Positions 9,106-20,544 are shown, numbered from the stretch's first letter. The stretch: DNA of 64,000 bases from Nanobdellota archaeon (GCA_038046405.1 JBBSWI010000019.1:10530-74529); one strand, 5' to 3'. Notes: generated by a model not told the origin, from the sequence alone. Numbers and translations: made by a program.

Positions 9106-11169
9106 ATGACATACACCCTAGTCACGACAGAAAAACCTTCAGCAGCCCAAAAAATAGCTTTGGCATTGGCAGATAAAAAACCGACTAAAAAAACTATCCA
9201 TGGTGTTGCTTATTACGAATTGTTCCATAATGGAGAAAAGATTGTTGTAGCTTCTGCTGCAGGACACCTCTTTACTCTTTCTGAAAAGAAAAAATCATCA
9301 AACTATCCCGTATTCGAAATCCATTGGGTGCCATCGTATGTTTACTCAAAAAAAGCAAAATTCACAAAGAGATTCTATGACTCACTAAAATCACTTTCTA
9401 AGAACGCATCCTCGTTCATTAACGCCTGCGATGTAGATATAGAAGGCGAATTAATATTTAAAAATATATTAACTTACATCTATGAAAAGAAAAATGCTAA
9501 CAGAATGTATTTCTCAACGCTCACAAAACAAGATTTATTGAATTCCTTTTCTTCCATGAAGCCTGACATAGACCATAGCCTTGCCGAAGCAGGCGAAACA
9601 AGACACATGCTAGACTACTTTTGGGGCATTTCCTCTTCTAGGGCCCTGACCAATTCAATAAAGAATGCGACAAAACACCACAAGATTATGTCAACAGGCA
9701 GGGTTCAAGGGCCCGCACTGAAGATGATTGTAGACAAAGAACGGGAGATAAAAGCCTTCAAGGCAACGCCTTATTGGGAAATAGAGCTGACTGCTTCCCA
9801 CGAATCAAAAAAAATTATAGCCAATCATGCAGATGGCAAAATATTCGAAAAAGAAAAAGCCACATCGATATTCAAGAACGTCCAAGAGAAAAAGGCACTT
9901 GTTTCAAATTTAGAAAAAAAAGAGTATAAGCAATTACCCCCCCATCCATTTGACCTGACAGGATTGCAGATAGAATCATATAGAGTTTTAAGGATTTCTC
10001 CAAAAGAGACTCTTGAAATAGCACAAAGCCTTTATTTAACTGGTTTAATCTCATATCCAAGGACAAGCTCTAATCAATTGCCAACATCACTAAATTATCA
10101 ATCAATTATTAGGTCATTAGAAAAACAACAGAAGTATAAGAGGCTAGCAGAGCTATTGTTAAATGGAGAAAAACTTTTCCCAAACAATGGCAAGAAATCT
10201 GATCCGGCACATCCAGCGATTTATCCCACTGGGGAAATCCCCGAGAAGTTATCTGAAAGAGAAATTAAGGTATACGATTTAATTGTAAAAAGAACTTTGG
10301 CAACATTTGCAGCGCCTTCATTAAGGCAATCAACAAGCCTAGAGATAGATGTTGACAAAGAGAAATTTGTGGCAAATGGCGTAACAACACTGCAAAAAGG
10401 CTGGTATGAATTTTATGAGCCATATGTTCCTTATAAGGAAGAAGAGATTCCTGCCTTGCAAAGGGGACAGGAGCTAAATATAGAAAAGATTTCTATGCTT
10501 GACAAAGAGACCCAACCTCCAAAAAGATATACTCCTGCATCAATAATAAAAGACCTGGAGAAAAAAGGGCTTGGAACTAAGGCGACAAGGTCTGCAATAA
10601 TAGACACTTTATATGATAGGCATTACACAACAAATGAGTCTATAGAAGCGACAAACTTAGGCCTAAAAACAATAGAAACCCTAGAAAAGTATTGTCCGGA
10701 AATAATCGATGAGAAACTGACAAAGCACTTTGAGAAAGAAATGGAATTGATTCAAAAAAATAAAAAGAATGAAACAGAAATACTGAACGAAGCAAAAGAA
10801 GTCCTTGTAAAAATATTTAAAACATTCAAAGAAAACGAATTAAAAATAGGGGCTGCCCTGTCAGAAGCAAATATCAAAACAGCAGATGAGCAAAATTATG
10901 TAGGTATATGTGAAAAATGTGGGGGCGCCTTAAGATTGATGTACTCTAAAAAGAACTCACAATATTTTGTGGCTTGCTCAAGCTATCCAAATTGCAAAAA
11001 TACTTTTTCTGTTCCGAAACAAGCACTAATAAAGCCGACAAGAGACATATGCAAAGAATGCGGTTTTTCAACAGTTTTGGTAATAAGAAAAGGCAAAAGA
11101 CCATTCACATATTGCTTAAACAAGAATTGCAAAACGAAAGAGGAATGGCGTAAAAGTGTTATTGCATAG
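9106..11169 (+). CDS. topA: DNA topoisomerase IA (Topo I/III type)
   Basis: Toprim N-terminus, active-site region ISYPRTSS with the catalytic Tyr, and C-terminal Zn ribbons CEKCGG...CSSYPNC, CKECG...C. Confidence 0.85.
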   Translation: MTYTLVTTEKPSAAQKIALALADKKPTKKTIHGVAYYELFHNGEKIVVASAAGHLFTLSEKKKSSNYPVFEIHWVPSYVYSKKAKFTKRFYDSLKSLSKNASSFINACDVDIEGELIFKNILTYIYEKKNANRMYFSTLTKQDLLNSFSSMKPDIDHSLAEAGETRHMLDYFWGISSSRALTNSIKNATKHHKIMSTGRVQGPALKMIVDKEREIKAFKATPYWEIELTASHESKKIIANHADGKIFEKEKATSIFKNVQEKKALVSNLEKKEYKQLPPHPFDLTGLQIESYRVLRISPKETLEIAQSLYLTGLISYPRTSSNQLPTSLNYQSIIRSLEKQQKYKRLAELLLNGEKLFPNNGKKSDPAHPAIYPTGEIPEKLSEREIKVYDLIVKRTLATFAAPSLRQSTSLEIDVDKEKFVANGVTTLQKGWYEFYEPYVPYKEEEIPALQRGQELNIEKISMLDKETQPPKRYTPASIIKDLEKKGLGTKATRSAIIDTLYDRHYTTNESIEATNLGLKTIETLEKYCPEIIDEKLTKHFEKEMELIQKNKKNETEILNEAKEVLVKIFKTFKENELKIGAALSEANIKTADEQNYVGICEKCGGALRLMYSKKNSQYFVACSSYPNCKNTFSVPKQALIKPTRDICKECGFSTVLVIRKGKRPFTYCLNKNCKTKEEWRKSVIA

Positions 11170-11172
11170 CCA

Positions 11173-11820
11173 TTAAATAATCTCTATTCCAGTTTCTAAA
11201 ATTTTGAAGTAAGCCGTTTTTCTCATTGGCTTTAATAAGTAAATTACTCTTTTTTCCAAATTTTCCAGCCTGAGTGTCTTATTACTGAATTCACTTATGA
11301 TGTTGTTTCCAACCATTTTGATAGTGTTAGTATCTATGTCAGTATACACTTGGTTTGTGATTATAACTGGCAGCCTTTTTGAAATATCTTTTAACATCTT
11401 TAATTGGCTATAGAGCATCTTATTTGCCAAATCAGGTTTCTTCTTTAGCAAAGACCTATAAAAATGGCCTATAGAATCAACAATAATCAAGGAAAACTTA
11501 CCAGTTTTTATGATCGATGCAATATTTTTTATCTGGTCTTGCTGTATCTTGAAGCTTTTTACTTTTGTTACGAGTATATTATCCAAGGTATTTATATTTC
11601 TTCCATTTAAAAGTTGTTTTATCCTTTCAACAGAAAAATTTATTTCTGTATCCAAAAACAAAACCTTTTTATTTTCTGCTTGACATAACGCCGCTTGCAA
11701 GCAAAGAGTGGTTTTTCCGGTGCCAGCAGGCCCATAAATTACGGTAATTTCATTATCATAACCACCCTCAAGAAATGAGTCTATTCCACTGTTTCCAGAA
11801 GTTATAATCATATTCACCAA
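11173..11820 (-). CDS. radB: RadB-like RecA-superfamily ATPase
   Basis: 215 aa with Walker A GPAGTGKTTLCLQAA and DTE. The length and layout are typical of archaeal RadB. Confidence 0.6.
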   Translation of the reverse strand: MVNMIITSGNSGIDSFLEGGYDNEITVIYGPAGTGKTTLCLQAALCQAENKKVLFLDTEINFSVERIKQLLNGRNINTLDNILVTKVKSFKIQQDQIKNIASIIKTGKFSLIIVDSIGHFYRSLLKKKPDLANKMLYSQLKMLKDISKRLPVIITNQVYTDIDTNTIKMVGNNIISEFSNKTLRLENLEKRVIYLLKPMRKTAYFKILETGIEII

Positions 11821-11883
11821 AAGGTTTATTAACCTTTTTTTGTAATAGAAGACTATTAGTTTTAAGTTATATACCTTACGAAA

Positions 11884-14800
11884 ATGCAGCAGAAAAAAGA
11901 ATTGACATTAAAGGTAATGGAAGCCTTGCAGGAAGAAGTCTATAAAGGAATTGTTAGAATAGACTCTGAAACAATGCATTTGATAGATGTAAGACCTGGA
12001 GACATAGTAGAAATAGAGGGGAGCAGGATTACAGTAGGCATTGTAGACAGGGCATATCCAACAGATGTTGGACAAGCCGTAATAAGAATGGATGGGATTC
12101 TAAGGAGGAATGCCCGCACCGGCATTGGCGAAATCGTTAAAGTAAGAAAGGCAGATATAAAAGAAGCAAAAACTTTGGTCATAGCTCCTGCACAAGAGGG
12201 TATAATGATACAGGCAAACCCAGAAATATTCAAAAGAAACCTTCTAGGAAGAGCGGTTGTCAAAGGGGATATCCTAGTTTTAGGGGGTCCAAGAAGGAGA
12301 AGACGCCCATCAATGGACCCATCATTCGACGATATAATGGGAGTTTTTGAAGAGACCTTCATCGGCAACTTCAATCTTGGGAACATAAAATTCATTGTAG
12401 TGGACACAAATCCAAAATCCGCTGTAATACTCTCTGAAAATACTCAGATATCAATCAGTTCAAAATCAGTCGAAATAAAAGAAGAAAAAGTCCCAGAAGT
12501 TACATATGAAGATCTAGGTGGTTTAGAGGAAGAGATAAAAAAGATTCGCGAAATGGTAGAGCTTCCTTTAAAGCATCCAGAAATTTTCACAAGGCTCGGA
12601 ATAGATCCGCCTTCTGGAGTATTGCTTCATGGCCCTCCAGGATCAGGTAAAACCTTACTTGCAAAAGCAGTCGCAAATGAAAGCGAGGCAAACTTCATCC
12701 TAGTAAATGGGCCGGAAATCATGAATAAATTTTATGGCGAATGTGTCTCAGAAGATTCATTGGTTATTACTAATGGCACAGGGTTAACTACAATTTCTGA
12801 AGCTGTAAATAATAAAAATACACATAAAATAGTCGGTTTAAATATGGATAAGCAAAAAATAGAACTTCTTCCAATCTCCGACGTTTATGACAAAGGCGTA
12901 CAAAAGACCCTGAAAATATCTACCCCTCATGGAATGATTGAATTGACTCCAACATCTAAGCTATTAATATTAGATGGTATAGAACCAAAATGGATTTTAA
13001 CAAAAGATCTAAAGATAAATGATAAAGTAGCTATAGCAAATACCCTTCCAGAAATTAATGAAGATGTACCAAACATTCTAGATTTTGTCGGAAGCACCAC
13101 TAAATTTTCTGGGGAATGGGTAAGGGACTTAATAAATCTTCATGGCACTAATAAAGACGTAGCTAAAATTCTTAATGTCAAAACGAAAAAAATAGAAGAT
13201 ATGAAATATAATCGATCCGCACCCCTTTGGGTTATTAAAAAACTTTACAAAACAGGATTTATAGAGTATTTTAACTTGACAGGGAAAGGGAGAATACCTT
13301 CTGCTATAACTAAGGATTTAATGTATGTAATCGGTTTAATCGCAGGTGATGGTCATTTGAGATATAACTATAAAGATGATGGTGTAAGCACAATAAGTTT
13401 GACTAATATTGATAAAAAAGTTATATCAGAATTTAAGAGATTAATAAAGGGATTGTTTGGAATACAAGACGTAAAATATGATGGGCACTACAGTTACTAT
13501 TTTTCATCTAGGCCAATTGGCAATTTAATTAAGAATCTAGGAATTCCTATAAGAAATAAATCAAAGACAATAACTGTTCCAAGTTATTTAATAACTCTTC
13601 CAAAAGAATACATAGCCTCCTATTTGAGGGGTTTATTCGACACAGATGGCCACGTTCATATAGTGCCTAGCGGAATGCAAATTTCATATTACAGTTCAAG
13701 CAGGCAAATGGTTAATGGTGTGAAGTACTTATTATTAAGGTTCCAAATTCAGTCAACATTTAGATACAAAAAAGACGGCACTTATGAATTAACAATAAAC
13801 GATATAGACTCATTAAAAAAATTTAATGAGTCTATAAATTTTAACCATGAAAAAAGAAAACAAAAATTAAAAAATATACCTTCTAACAAATACGACAAAC
13901 CAATCTATAATAGAATACCTATTAATGAAATTGTAAACAAAATTAAAAATAAACATTCATTTAATACTAGAGAGTTAATAAAGGTTGGATTAAATCCATA
14001 CGTAAAAAGCTACACTAGAACACAGACTGGAAGATTTATTTCTTTATTAAAAGATATGGGAGAAAACTGTAATGTTATAGAAAAAATAAATAAGCTTAAA
14101 ACTAATGATGTAATTTGGTCGCCCATAAAATTTATTCAAGAATCTGAATCTCATGTTTACGATTTTACAGTGCCAAAAGACCATAATTTTATTGCAAATG
14201 GGTTTATTGTACATAATTCAGAAAAAAGAATTCGTGACATATTCGAAGATGCAGAGCATAAAGCGCCATCAATCATTTTCATAGATGAAATTGACGCTAT
14301 CGCACCTAAAAGGGAAGAAACACATGGTGAAGTAGAAAGAAGAGTAGTCGCCCAAATTTTAACCGCAATGGATGGATTAAAGACAAGAAAGAATGTTGTC
14401 GTTATAGGCGCAACTAACCGCCCAAATGCATTAGATCCGGCATTAAGAAGGCCTGGAAGATTTGACAGGGAAATTTCTATTGGAGTTCCTAATAAAAAAG
14501 GCCGTTTAGAAATTTTAAAAATTCACACAAGAAATATGCCGCTTGCCGAAGATGTAAAATTAGACAAACTATCCGAGATAACCCACGGATTTGTAGGGGC
14601 AGACATATCTGCATTAGTAAAAGAAGCTGCCATGAATGTTCTAAGAAGAATACTTCCAGATATAAATCTCAAAGAAAAAGAGCCTATACCCAATGAGATG
14701 TTAGAAAAATTAAAAGTAGCTGAAGAAGATTTTAGGGAGGCATTAAAGATTGTTAGACCCAGTGCTCTAAGAGAAGTCCTAATAGAAAACCCAAATGTTC

Positions 14801-15687
14801 ATTGGTCTGATATTGGTGGGCTTGAAACCCTAAAAAATGTGTTAAAAGAAACAATAGAATGGCCAATGAAATATGCCAATGAATTTAAGAAACTCGGGAT
14901 TATCCCCCCGAGAGGTATTTTATTATATGGCCCCCCAGGGACTGGGAAAACTTTGCTGGCCAAAGCAGTTGCAACCGAAAGCCAGTCAAATTTTATTTCA
15001 GTGAAGGGCCCAGCTTTAGTGAATATGTGGGTCGGCGAGTCTGAACGAGGAGTTAGAAAGATCTTCGAAAAAGCCCGCCAAGCAGCCCCAACAGTAATAT
15101 TCTTTGATGAGATAGACTCTATTGCTCCAAGAAGATCTATTGGCGGCGGTGTAACAAAGAGAATAGTTAATACGATCCTTTCTGAAATGGATGGCCTGGA
15201 GAAATTAAATGAGGTTATTGTAATCGCAGCAACTAACAGGCCAGACATTTTAGATCCGGCATTACTAAGGCCTGGAAGATTTGAAAAGGTTATCCCTATT
15301 AATATGCCAGACAAAAAGTCGCGGCTCGAAATATTTAAGGTGCATACATCAAAGATGGCGGTTGCTAAGGATGTCTCTATAGAAAAATTGGCTGAAATTA
15401 CAGAAAATTACTCTGGGGCAGACATAGAAGCAGCTTGCAGAGAAGCCGGCATGAGTGCTTTAAGAAATTACATTAGTTTAAATGAAAAAACTAATAAAAC
15501 GACTAAGAAATCAAAGAGCCAAGAAAGATTGGAGATTAACTTTTCTGATTTCCAAGAGGCAATTAAAAGGATAAAACCATCTATTACACCAGAAGAATTA
15601 AAGAAATACCAGGAAATAGAAGATGAGTATATAAGAATAGCAAAAACAGCGAATATAAAACAAGCGCCACAACCTTATTTTGGTTAA
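11884..15687 (+). CDS. cdc48: CDC48/VCP-like AAA+ ATPase interrupted by a 492-aa intein
   Basis: CDC48 N-domain; D1 Walker A GPPGSGKT, then NKFYGE|C...intein...HN|[10 protein letters not shown]; D2 Walker A GPPGTGKT. The extein total of about 775 aa fits CDC48. Confidence 0.9.
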   Translation: MQQKKELTLKVMEALQEEVYKGIVRIDSETMHLIDVRPGDIVEIEGSRITVGIVDRAYPTDVGQAVIRMDGILRRNARTGIGEIVKVRKADIKEAKTLVIAPAQEGIMIQANPEIFKRNLLGRAVVKGDILVLGGPRRRRRPSMDPSFDDIMGVFEETFIGNFNLGNIKFIVVDTNPKSAVILSENTQISISSKSVEIKEEKVPEVTYEDLGGLEEEIKKIREMVELPLKHPEIFTRLGIDPPSGVLLHGPPGSGKTLLAKAVANESEANFILVNGPEIMNKFYGECVSEDSLVITNGTGLTTISEAVNNKNTHKIVGLNMDKQKIELLPISDVYDKGVQKTLKISTPHGMIELTPTSKLLILDGIEPKWILTKDLKINDKVAIANTLPEINEDVPNILDFVGSTTKFSGEWVRDLINLHGTNKDVAKILNVKTKKIEDMKYNRSAPLWVIKKLYKTGFIEYFNLTGKGRIPSAITKDLMYVIGLIAGDGHLRYNYKDDGVSTISLTNIDKKVISEFKRLIKGLFGIQDVKYDGHYSYYFSSRPIGNLIKNLGIPIRNKSKTITVPSYLITLPKEYIASYLRGLFDTDGHVHIVPSGMQISYYSSSRQMVNGVKYLLLRFQIQSTFRYKKDGTYELTINDIDSLKKFNESINFNHEKRKQKLKNIPSNKYDKPIYNRIPINEIVNKIKNKHSFNTRELIKVGLNPYVKSYTRTQTGRFISLLKDMGENCNVIEKINKLKTNDVIWSPIKFIQESESHVYDFTVPKDHNFIANGFIVHNSEKRIRDIFEDAEHKAPSIIFIDEIDAIAPKREETHGEVERRVVAQILTAMDGLKTRKNVVVIGATNRPNALDPALRRPGRFDREISIGVPNKKGRLEILKIHTRNMPLAEDVKLDKLSEITHGFVGADISALVKEAAMNVLRRILPDINLKEKEPIPNEMLEKLKVAEEDFREALKIVRPSALREVLIENPNVHWSDIGGLETLKNVLKETIEWPMKYANEFKKLGIIPPRGILLYGPPGTGKTLLAKAVATESQSNFISVKGPALVNMWVGESERGVRKIFEKARQAAPTVIFFDEIDSIAPRRSIGGGVTKRIVNTILSEMDGLEKLNEVIVIAATNRPDILDPALLRPGRFEKVIPINMPDKKSRLEIFKVHTSKMAVAKDVSIEKLAEITENYSGADIEAACREAGMSALRNYISLNEKTNKTTKKSKSQERLEINFSDFQEAIKRIKPSITPEELKKYQEIEDEYIRIAKTANIKQAPQPYFG
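12742..14217 (+). other. Intein with LAGLIDADG homing endonuclease inside cdc48 D1 domain
   Basis: It starts with Cys (CVSEDSLVI, block A) and ends with VHN followed by Ser at +1. It contains the LAGLIDADG blocks [11 protein letters not shown] and [11 protein letters not shown]. The flanking extein residues reconstitute the conserved ..GESEK.. motif. Confidence 0.85.
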
Positions 15688-15788
15688 TTTTTGGATTTTA
15701 GAAAGAGATATACATTATAATCTTGTTTAGGTTAATTATGAAAAAAGAGGTAGTTTGTGCAAGATAAATTTTGTCAATTTCGTCTTTA

Positions 15789-16472
15789 TTAACTTATTAA
15801 TTTTAATTTTCCAGGCCTTATCTGGAATATCTCCCCCTCTTTAATCAATTCGTCTATCATCTTATTTGTTTCAGTATCATCGAATCCGGAATTAGAAATA
15901 ATAATCTCTTTATCGGCGCCAACCTCCGAATCAAACTTTTCTATCAAACTTAATATCTTTTGTCTGTTGCTTTCATTAGGAACATTAACTATTTTCTCCT
16001 CACTAATCAAAATAATATTTTCATCAGCACCAATATCTTTGGGTTCCGGAATTTTATTTGCAATTTCCCTTTTGCCATACAATTTGTCGAGTTCGAGTTT
16101 CCTTATTTTTGCCCATACATGAGTTATTGGCTTAATTATTTCCGGCGTTATATACATCTCATTGTTGAATTCCCTTATCCGGCCTATCAAAAGGACTATA
16201 TCGCCTATATTTATGTTATTAAGAATTTTAATGTCTTCCTTCCAGCATTTTGCTCTTATTGTTTCAGTGCCGTCATCAAGTAATACTGAAGAATAGCTCT
16301 TGTCGGCGTTTTCATTCTTCATTATTACATGGGCTATAACATTCACTCTAGAAATTTTGTTTTCATTAAATAAAATATAATTTGGCTCCCATTCTCCAGT
16401 CTCTTTAATTAGCTGATTATTCTTTAAGTCGTAAATGCAAATTTTGTAGGCAGTCTGTCTAGATTGGGCCAT
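15789..16472 (-). CDS. RPA/SSB-like OB-fold single-stranded DNA-binding protein
   Basis: The OB-fold pattern VNVIAHVIMK...LLDDGTETIRAKCWKE...GDIVLLIGRIREF resembles an RPA DNA-binding domain. It lies immediately downstream of mcm on the same strand. Confidence 0.5.
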   Translation of the reverse strand: MAQSRQTAYKICIYDLKNNQLIKETGEWEPNYILFNENKISRVNVIAHVIMKNENADKSYSSVLLDDGTETIRAKCWKEDIKILNNINIGDIVLLIGRIREFNNEMYITPEIIKPITHVWAKIRKLELDKLYGKREIANKIPEPKDIGADENIILISEEKIVNVPNESNRQKILSLIEKFDSEVGADKEIIISNSGFDDTETNKMIDELIKEGEIFQIRPGKLKLIS

Positions 16473-16473
16473 T

Positions 16474-19400
16474 TTATATCTTCTGTATGAATCCCCGCTT
16501 AGGTTCGAATATGTCTCCAGAACGCTTCATATTTTCTACTAGTTCCTCTACTTTATCTTCGTCAATGCCTCTTTTTACAGCCTCTATTACAAGCTCTTCT
16601 AGAGGAATAGTTTTTCCAAGTCTTGCTTCCAAGTCATCAATCGTTTCTTTAATAATATGGATTCTGCTTCTCGTGGTTGCAGTAATTCCTATAGATATTT
16701 TGTCTATGTCTATCTTTCCAGTTTCCCTGTCTATTCCAATCTGCATTAAGCAATATTCCAACAATTTTATAGCTCTCTGGGCATCTTTCTTAGTGACTTT
16801 ATCACTTAACCTTACTCTTGCACTAGCCTCACTTAATCTAACTAAAGCTTCAAGTTGCCTTGCGGTTATCGGTATTCTATTTATTCCGGATTCATCTCCA
16901 ACGTTTCCTTCATTTCTCAAGCCAACATAGAATTTTATTATTTCATTTATAGCCGTATCCGTTAAAACAGGATTATAATTTTGTCTTGCATAAGAGATAT
17001 ACTTTTTTAGAAGACGCGAACTTATTACAGGCTGCGCCGCATTTGGATTTTGATGTGTTCCTAATACGTGGCGAGCTATTTTTTCGTCTTTTTCCCTGTT
17101 TGGAATGTCTTTTACTGGAAATATCAAATCAAATCTATTGATTAAAGTTGGTGGCAAGTCTATTTGGGCAGCAATTGGTGTATACGGATCGAATCTTCCC
17201 GTCTTTGGATTAGCTGCTGCTAATACAGTAGTTTCTGCCCTTAATGTAGCCTGAATATTTGCTTTCGAGATTGTTACCGTTTGCTGTTCCAATGCTTCAT
17301 GCAAAGCACTTCTATCTTCAGGGCTCATTTTATCAAGTTCATCTATTATGGCCATTCCTTTATTTGCCAGTACCATCGCCCCAGCTTCTAATGCCCAACC
17401 CCTTAAGAATTCATCCTTAACTACAGTAGCCGTAATTCCCGCACCCGTATTATGGCATATAACTCCCCCAAAACCACCCACAAAATTTTCATTTTCAAAA
17501 ACTGAAATATCATAAACATATGGGCTATTTGATTCAACTTCTTTTATGCTTTTAATACGAACAAATCCAAGATCACTGTCCATAATTAATCTAAAATCAT
17601 TTAATTCTTCCATTAGTTTAGTGCCTGTTTCAGATAAGGAAATAAACATTTCTCTGCCAATTTTAGTCTTTATAAAAATATCATCATTATCTGCAAAATA
17701 CTCTAATATAGACCCTCCAAAAATAGGTTTTAATTCTTTACTACACACTACGTTATTTTTTTGCATAAAATTTAATCTACTTAATAATGCAGAATTACTC
17801 ATTTTATATAATCTTGCTCTAGAATACTTACTAGATGATGCCCCCACAAGAAACCTTTTATTTACTAGATTACCAATTTTATCTAGTGGAGGGTTTTTAT
17901 ATAAATTTAAGAACTTTCTCCCGATTTTCGGACTTTTTAGATCATATCTGTATCCAACACCATTTATACACCTACCATTTATTTTTGTTGATTTAGAATC
18001 ATTCCTCTTGTTACAAGAGCCCATAATTCCATTTTGTAGGTATAGATATAACAAATCTGACATTAACCGTTTAGATTTGGTAACGCCAGCGTCTCCAGAA
18101 ATATACCCTTTAATAAATTCATTTCTTGCATAAAAATTAGAATTAAATATTGTTGTTGGGATATATTTTTCTTTAGCTTTCTTATGGGCCACATCACCCA
18201 ATAATTCTTTAAAGATGTTATAAACCATCTTCCCATACATGACAACCCTAATCCCATTCAATCCATGATTATAAACCTTTATTTCAGAGTCAAAATGTTT
18301 TTTAGCTATCTTTTTTATATCTTCAATTATATCCGTTTCCTTTTTATTTAAAGTAAGTTCTATTTTATAAGAGCCCTCTTTGTTTCTCATATGCCCCTCA
18401 GCCAAATAATAACCAATAAATCTAGCAACTTCCGGATGGAGATTATTAAAAACAGTAGTGGGTATTTTAGAAGGTATTAGTACGCAATCACCAATTTTTA
18501 GGTCTTTTGCCGGCTTTGTAATTGTTTTTCCATTCTCTAATATGAATATACTATGATCTTTTGTAGTAGACACTTCTCTGCCAGATTCTAAATCAAACTT
18601 CAATAATCTATCTTCATGTTTATGCCTATAAACAGCTTTTATAGGCTTCCATTCTATCTTCTTTGTTGTTAAATTCAGAGATAAAGATTCGGTGTATTCT
18701 TTTAGTCTAACAAAAACCTCATCAAGATTTTGACAATTATTGTCTACAAAACTACCAATATTAACAATTTCAATAGAACCATTTTTCCTGATGATGATGG
18801 GCTCATTAAATTCTAATGACGCTCCTCTTCCCGATATAAATCTTGCTTTTGGCGCAGCCTTAGCAATAAATTGAAGAGTTTGGCTTTTTCCGCTTCCAGG
18901 ATCGCCAACTAGCAAAATATGCATGTCTCCTCTTTGCTTAGTGCCATCATCCTTGACTTTCCTTACACCACCAAACATTTGTAACGACAATGCCTCCTTT
19001 ATCTCTCCATGCCCATAAATAGAGGGTGCTATGGAATCTCTTAACTTTTCATAGATATTTTCATCGCTAGATAATTTCCTGATTTCTGCCTCATCTTCAG
19101 GGCTTATGTCTATTTCTTCATATATTTCATCAGTAGGTTCAATGTAATTAGATTCTATAATCAAATCGTATCTTGTTGATTGAGCACCAGACTTAGATAT
19201 TAAAGGAATTTCCTTTACTAAGCCCATAATCTTTACTTTGCTTCCGGGAGTAGTTTTTTTCTCCATCCTGGGCTCTACTAAATCTTCGCTTAAGAAAACA
19301 GCAATTCTTTTTGGCTGATCTCCACCCTCTAATGTTTCTGGTGCCTCCTCTATTATTAGTCTTTGAACATCAACCAAGTCCTTGCTCAATAATCTAAATT

Positions 19401-19872
19401 TTCCGCGTCTTCCACAACTACATCTGCTGGGCTCTTTAAATTTTGAATCTAATTGTGGGATTGTGATACTATTGCCGCAGCTCGGACATTCAAACTTGGC
19501 CATAGTTACTTGTGGCCTTACATCAGAAGCTTGCCTCACTATCCCAAGTACAGAGATAAACTTATTCAGATCAACACTTCTTATATTTCTGATTGTAACA
19601 GATTGACTTTCTGGAAGATTGAAGAATCTGATTCTCTTTAGGTTATTAGGAAATACGCCTAATTGCGAAAGAGCTATGTCTCCAGCCTTGATAGTTTCTT
19701 CAGGACTCTCAAGAAGCTCCTCGCTCAATTCTAAATCAAATTTGCTTAGCTCAATAAAATCTACAACTAGTGATGTTTTGCCACTATTTATTATTTCATT
19801 AATTTTTTTATTATACTGTGACTCTAGAAAATCCTTGAATTTTTCAATCTGTACGGCTGCGTCTATTACCAT
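16474..19872 (-). CDS. mcm: MCM replicative helicase interrupted by a 457-aa intein
   Basis: N-terminal Zn finger CPSCG...CSCG; Walker A ILLVGDPGSGKSQ; then ISGRGA|S...intein...HN|TGAGITATV; arginine-finger region IDELDKM. Confidence 0.9.
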   Translation of the reverse strand: MVIDAAVQIEKFKDFLESQYNKKINEIINSGKTSLVVDFIELSKFDLELSEELLESPEETIKAGDIALSQLGVFPNNLKRIRFFNLPESQSVTIRNIRSVDLNKFISVLGIVRQASDVRPQVTMAKFECPSCGNSITIPQLDSKFKEPSRCSCGRRGKFRLLSKDLVDVQRLIIEEAPETLEGGDQPKRIAVFLSEDLVEPRMEKKTTPGSKVKIMGLVKEIPLISKSGAQSTRYDLIIESNYIEPTDEIYEEIDISPEDEAEIRKLSSDENIYEKLRDSIAPSIYGHGEIKEALSLQMFGGVRKVKDDGTKQRGDMHILLVGDPGSGKSQTLQFIAKAAPKARFISGRGASLEFNEPIIIRKNGSIEIVNIGSFVDNNCQNLDEVFVRLKEYTESLSLNLTTKKIEWKPIKAVYRHKHEDRLLKFDLESGREVSTTKDHSIFILENGKTITKPAKDLKIGDCVLIPSKIPTTVFNNLHPEVARFIGYYLAEGHMRNKEGSYKIELTLNKKETDIIEDIKKIAKKHFDSEIKVYNHGLNGIRVVMYGKMVYNIFKELLGDVAHKKAKEKYIPTTIFNSNFYARNEFIKGYISGDAGVTKSKRLMSDLLYLYLQNGIMGSCNKRNDSKSTKINGRCINGVGYRYDLKSPKIGRKFLNLYKNPPLDKIGNLVNKRFLVGASSSKYSRARLYKMSNSALLSRLNFMQKNNVVCSKELKPIFGGSILEYFADNDDIFIKTKIGREMFISLSETGTKLMEELNDFRLIMDSDLGFVRIKSIKEVESNSPYVYDISVFENENFVGGFGGVICHNTGAGITATVVKDEFLRGWALEAGAMVLANKGMAIIDELDKMSPEDRSALHEALEQQTVTISKANIQATLRAETTVLAAANPKTGRFDPYTPIAAQIDLPPTLINRFDLIFPVKDIPNREKDEKIARHVLGTHQNPNAAQPVISSRLLKKYISYARQNYNPVLTDTAINEIIKFYVGLRNEGNVGDESGINRIPITARQLEALVRLSEASARVRLSDKVTKKDAQRAIKLLEYCLMQIGIDRETGKIDIDKISIGITATTRSRIHIIKETIDDLEARLGKTIPLEELVIEAVKRGIDEDKVEELVENMKRSGDIFEPKRGFIQKI
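17449..18819 (-). other. Intein (Ser1 ... HN, +1 Thr) with LAGLIDADG homing endonuclease inside mcm
   Basis: Block A SLEFNEPIII; block B TTKDHSIF; LAGLIDADG motifs FIGYYLAEGHM and IKGYISGDAGV; C-terminus GGVICHN|T. Excising it restores SGRGATGAGITATV, which matches the MCM consensus SGKGSSAAGLTAAV. Confidence 0.85.
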
Positions 19873-19904
19873 ATTCCCTACCTATTTAAATAAAAATAAA
19901 AAGA

Positions 19905-20450
19905 TTACTTTTTGTTGACTCTCTTTAAATTAACAACTAGTTTGTCAACAGCTTCCCTTAATTTTCTTTCTGATCTAGTGCCCGTGCATACGATTTTTCC
20001 ATTGCTAAAAAGCAAAAATGTGGCCCTAGTACCGTTTAATTTGTAAACTAACCCAGGAAATTGCTCTGGCTCATATTCAGTGTTTTCTAGTTTCATGGCA
20101 AGGTCATTCAAATTCAGATCCATGCCAATAGCCCCGGACGCAACCATGTTCTGAACCTTTATTACAGGCACTATCTTCACTTTAATGCCTATCTTTTCTA
20201 CATTCTTTATTATTCCTTTAATAGACTCCTTTACCTTAAGCATCGATTTTGCCCCAGTGCATACTATCTTTCCAGAGCTGAATATCAATGCACTTGTCTT
20301 TGGTTCTCTAATGCGCATAACTAACCCAGGAAATTGCTCCGGATTGTACTCTGTATTTGGCAAGGCTTCCGCCAATTTTATTAATGGTATGTCATGCTCT
20401 AGAGATGTTGATGCAACTATGTTTTGAATCTTGATTTCTTTCTTAACCAT
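19905..20450 (-). CDS. tbp: TATA-box binding protein
   Basis: Two direct TBP repeats (IQNIVAS...FPGLV...SGKIVCTGAKS and VQNMVAS...FPGLV...NGKIVCTGTRS). Confidence 0.9.
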   Translation of the reverse strand: MVKKEIKIQNIVASTSLEHDIPLIKLAEALPNTEYNPEQFPGLVMRIREPKTSALIFSSGKIVCTGAKSMLKVKESIKGIIKNVEKIGIKVKIVPVIKVQNMVASGAIGMDLNLNDLAMKLENTEYEPEQFPGLVYKLNGTRATFLLFSNGKIVCTGTRSERKLREAVDKLVVNLKRVNKK

Positions 20451-20544
20451 TAAAACACCCCCAATCGGACCAGAATAAACTATAAACCTTAGAAAGTTTT
20501 ATAAAGGTATTTAAAAAGTATCGCTATTCAAAAGTTGTTAAATT

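Noticed and set aside
11940-12407. 155-aa minus-strand ORF inside cdc48
   Set aside because: It is antisense to a strongly supported CDC48 N-domain coding region and has low-complexity S/P/T-rich content typical of a shadow ORF.
14799-15314. 171-aa minus-strand ORF inside the cdc48 D2 domain
   Set aside because: It is an antisense shadow ORF of a conserved AAA+ region.
16487-18133. Plus-strand ORFs (147 aa, 195 aa) within the mcm region
   Set aside because: They are antisense to mcm and its intein, and have no motifs.
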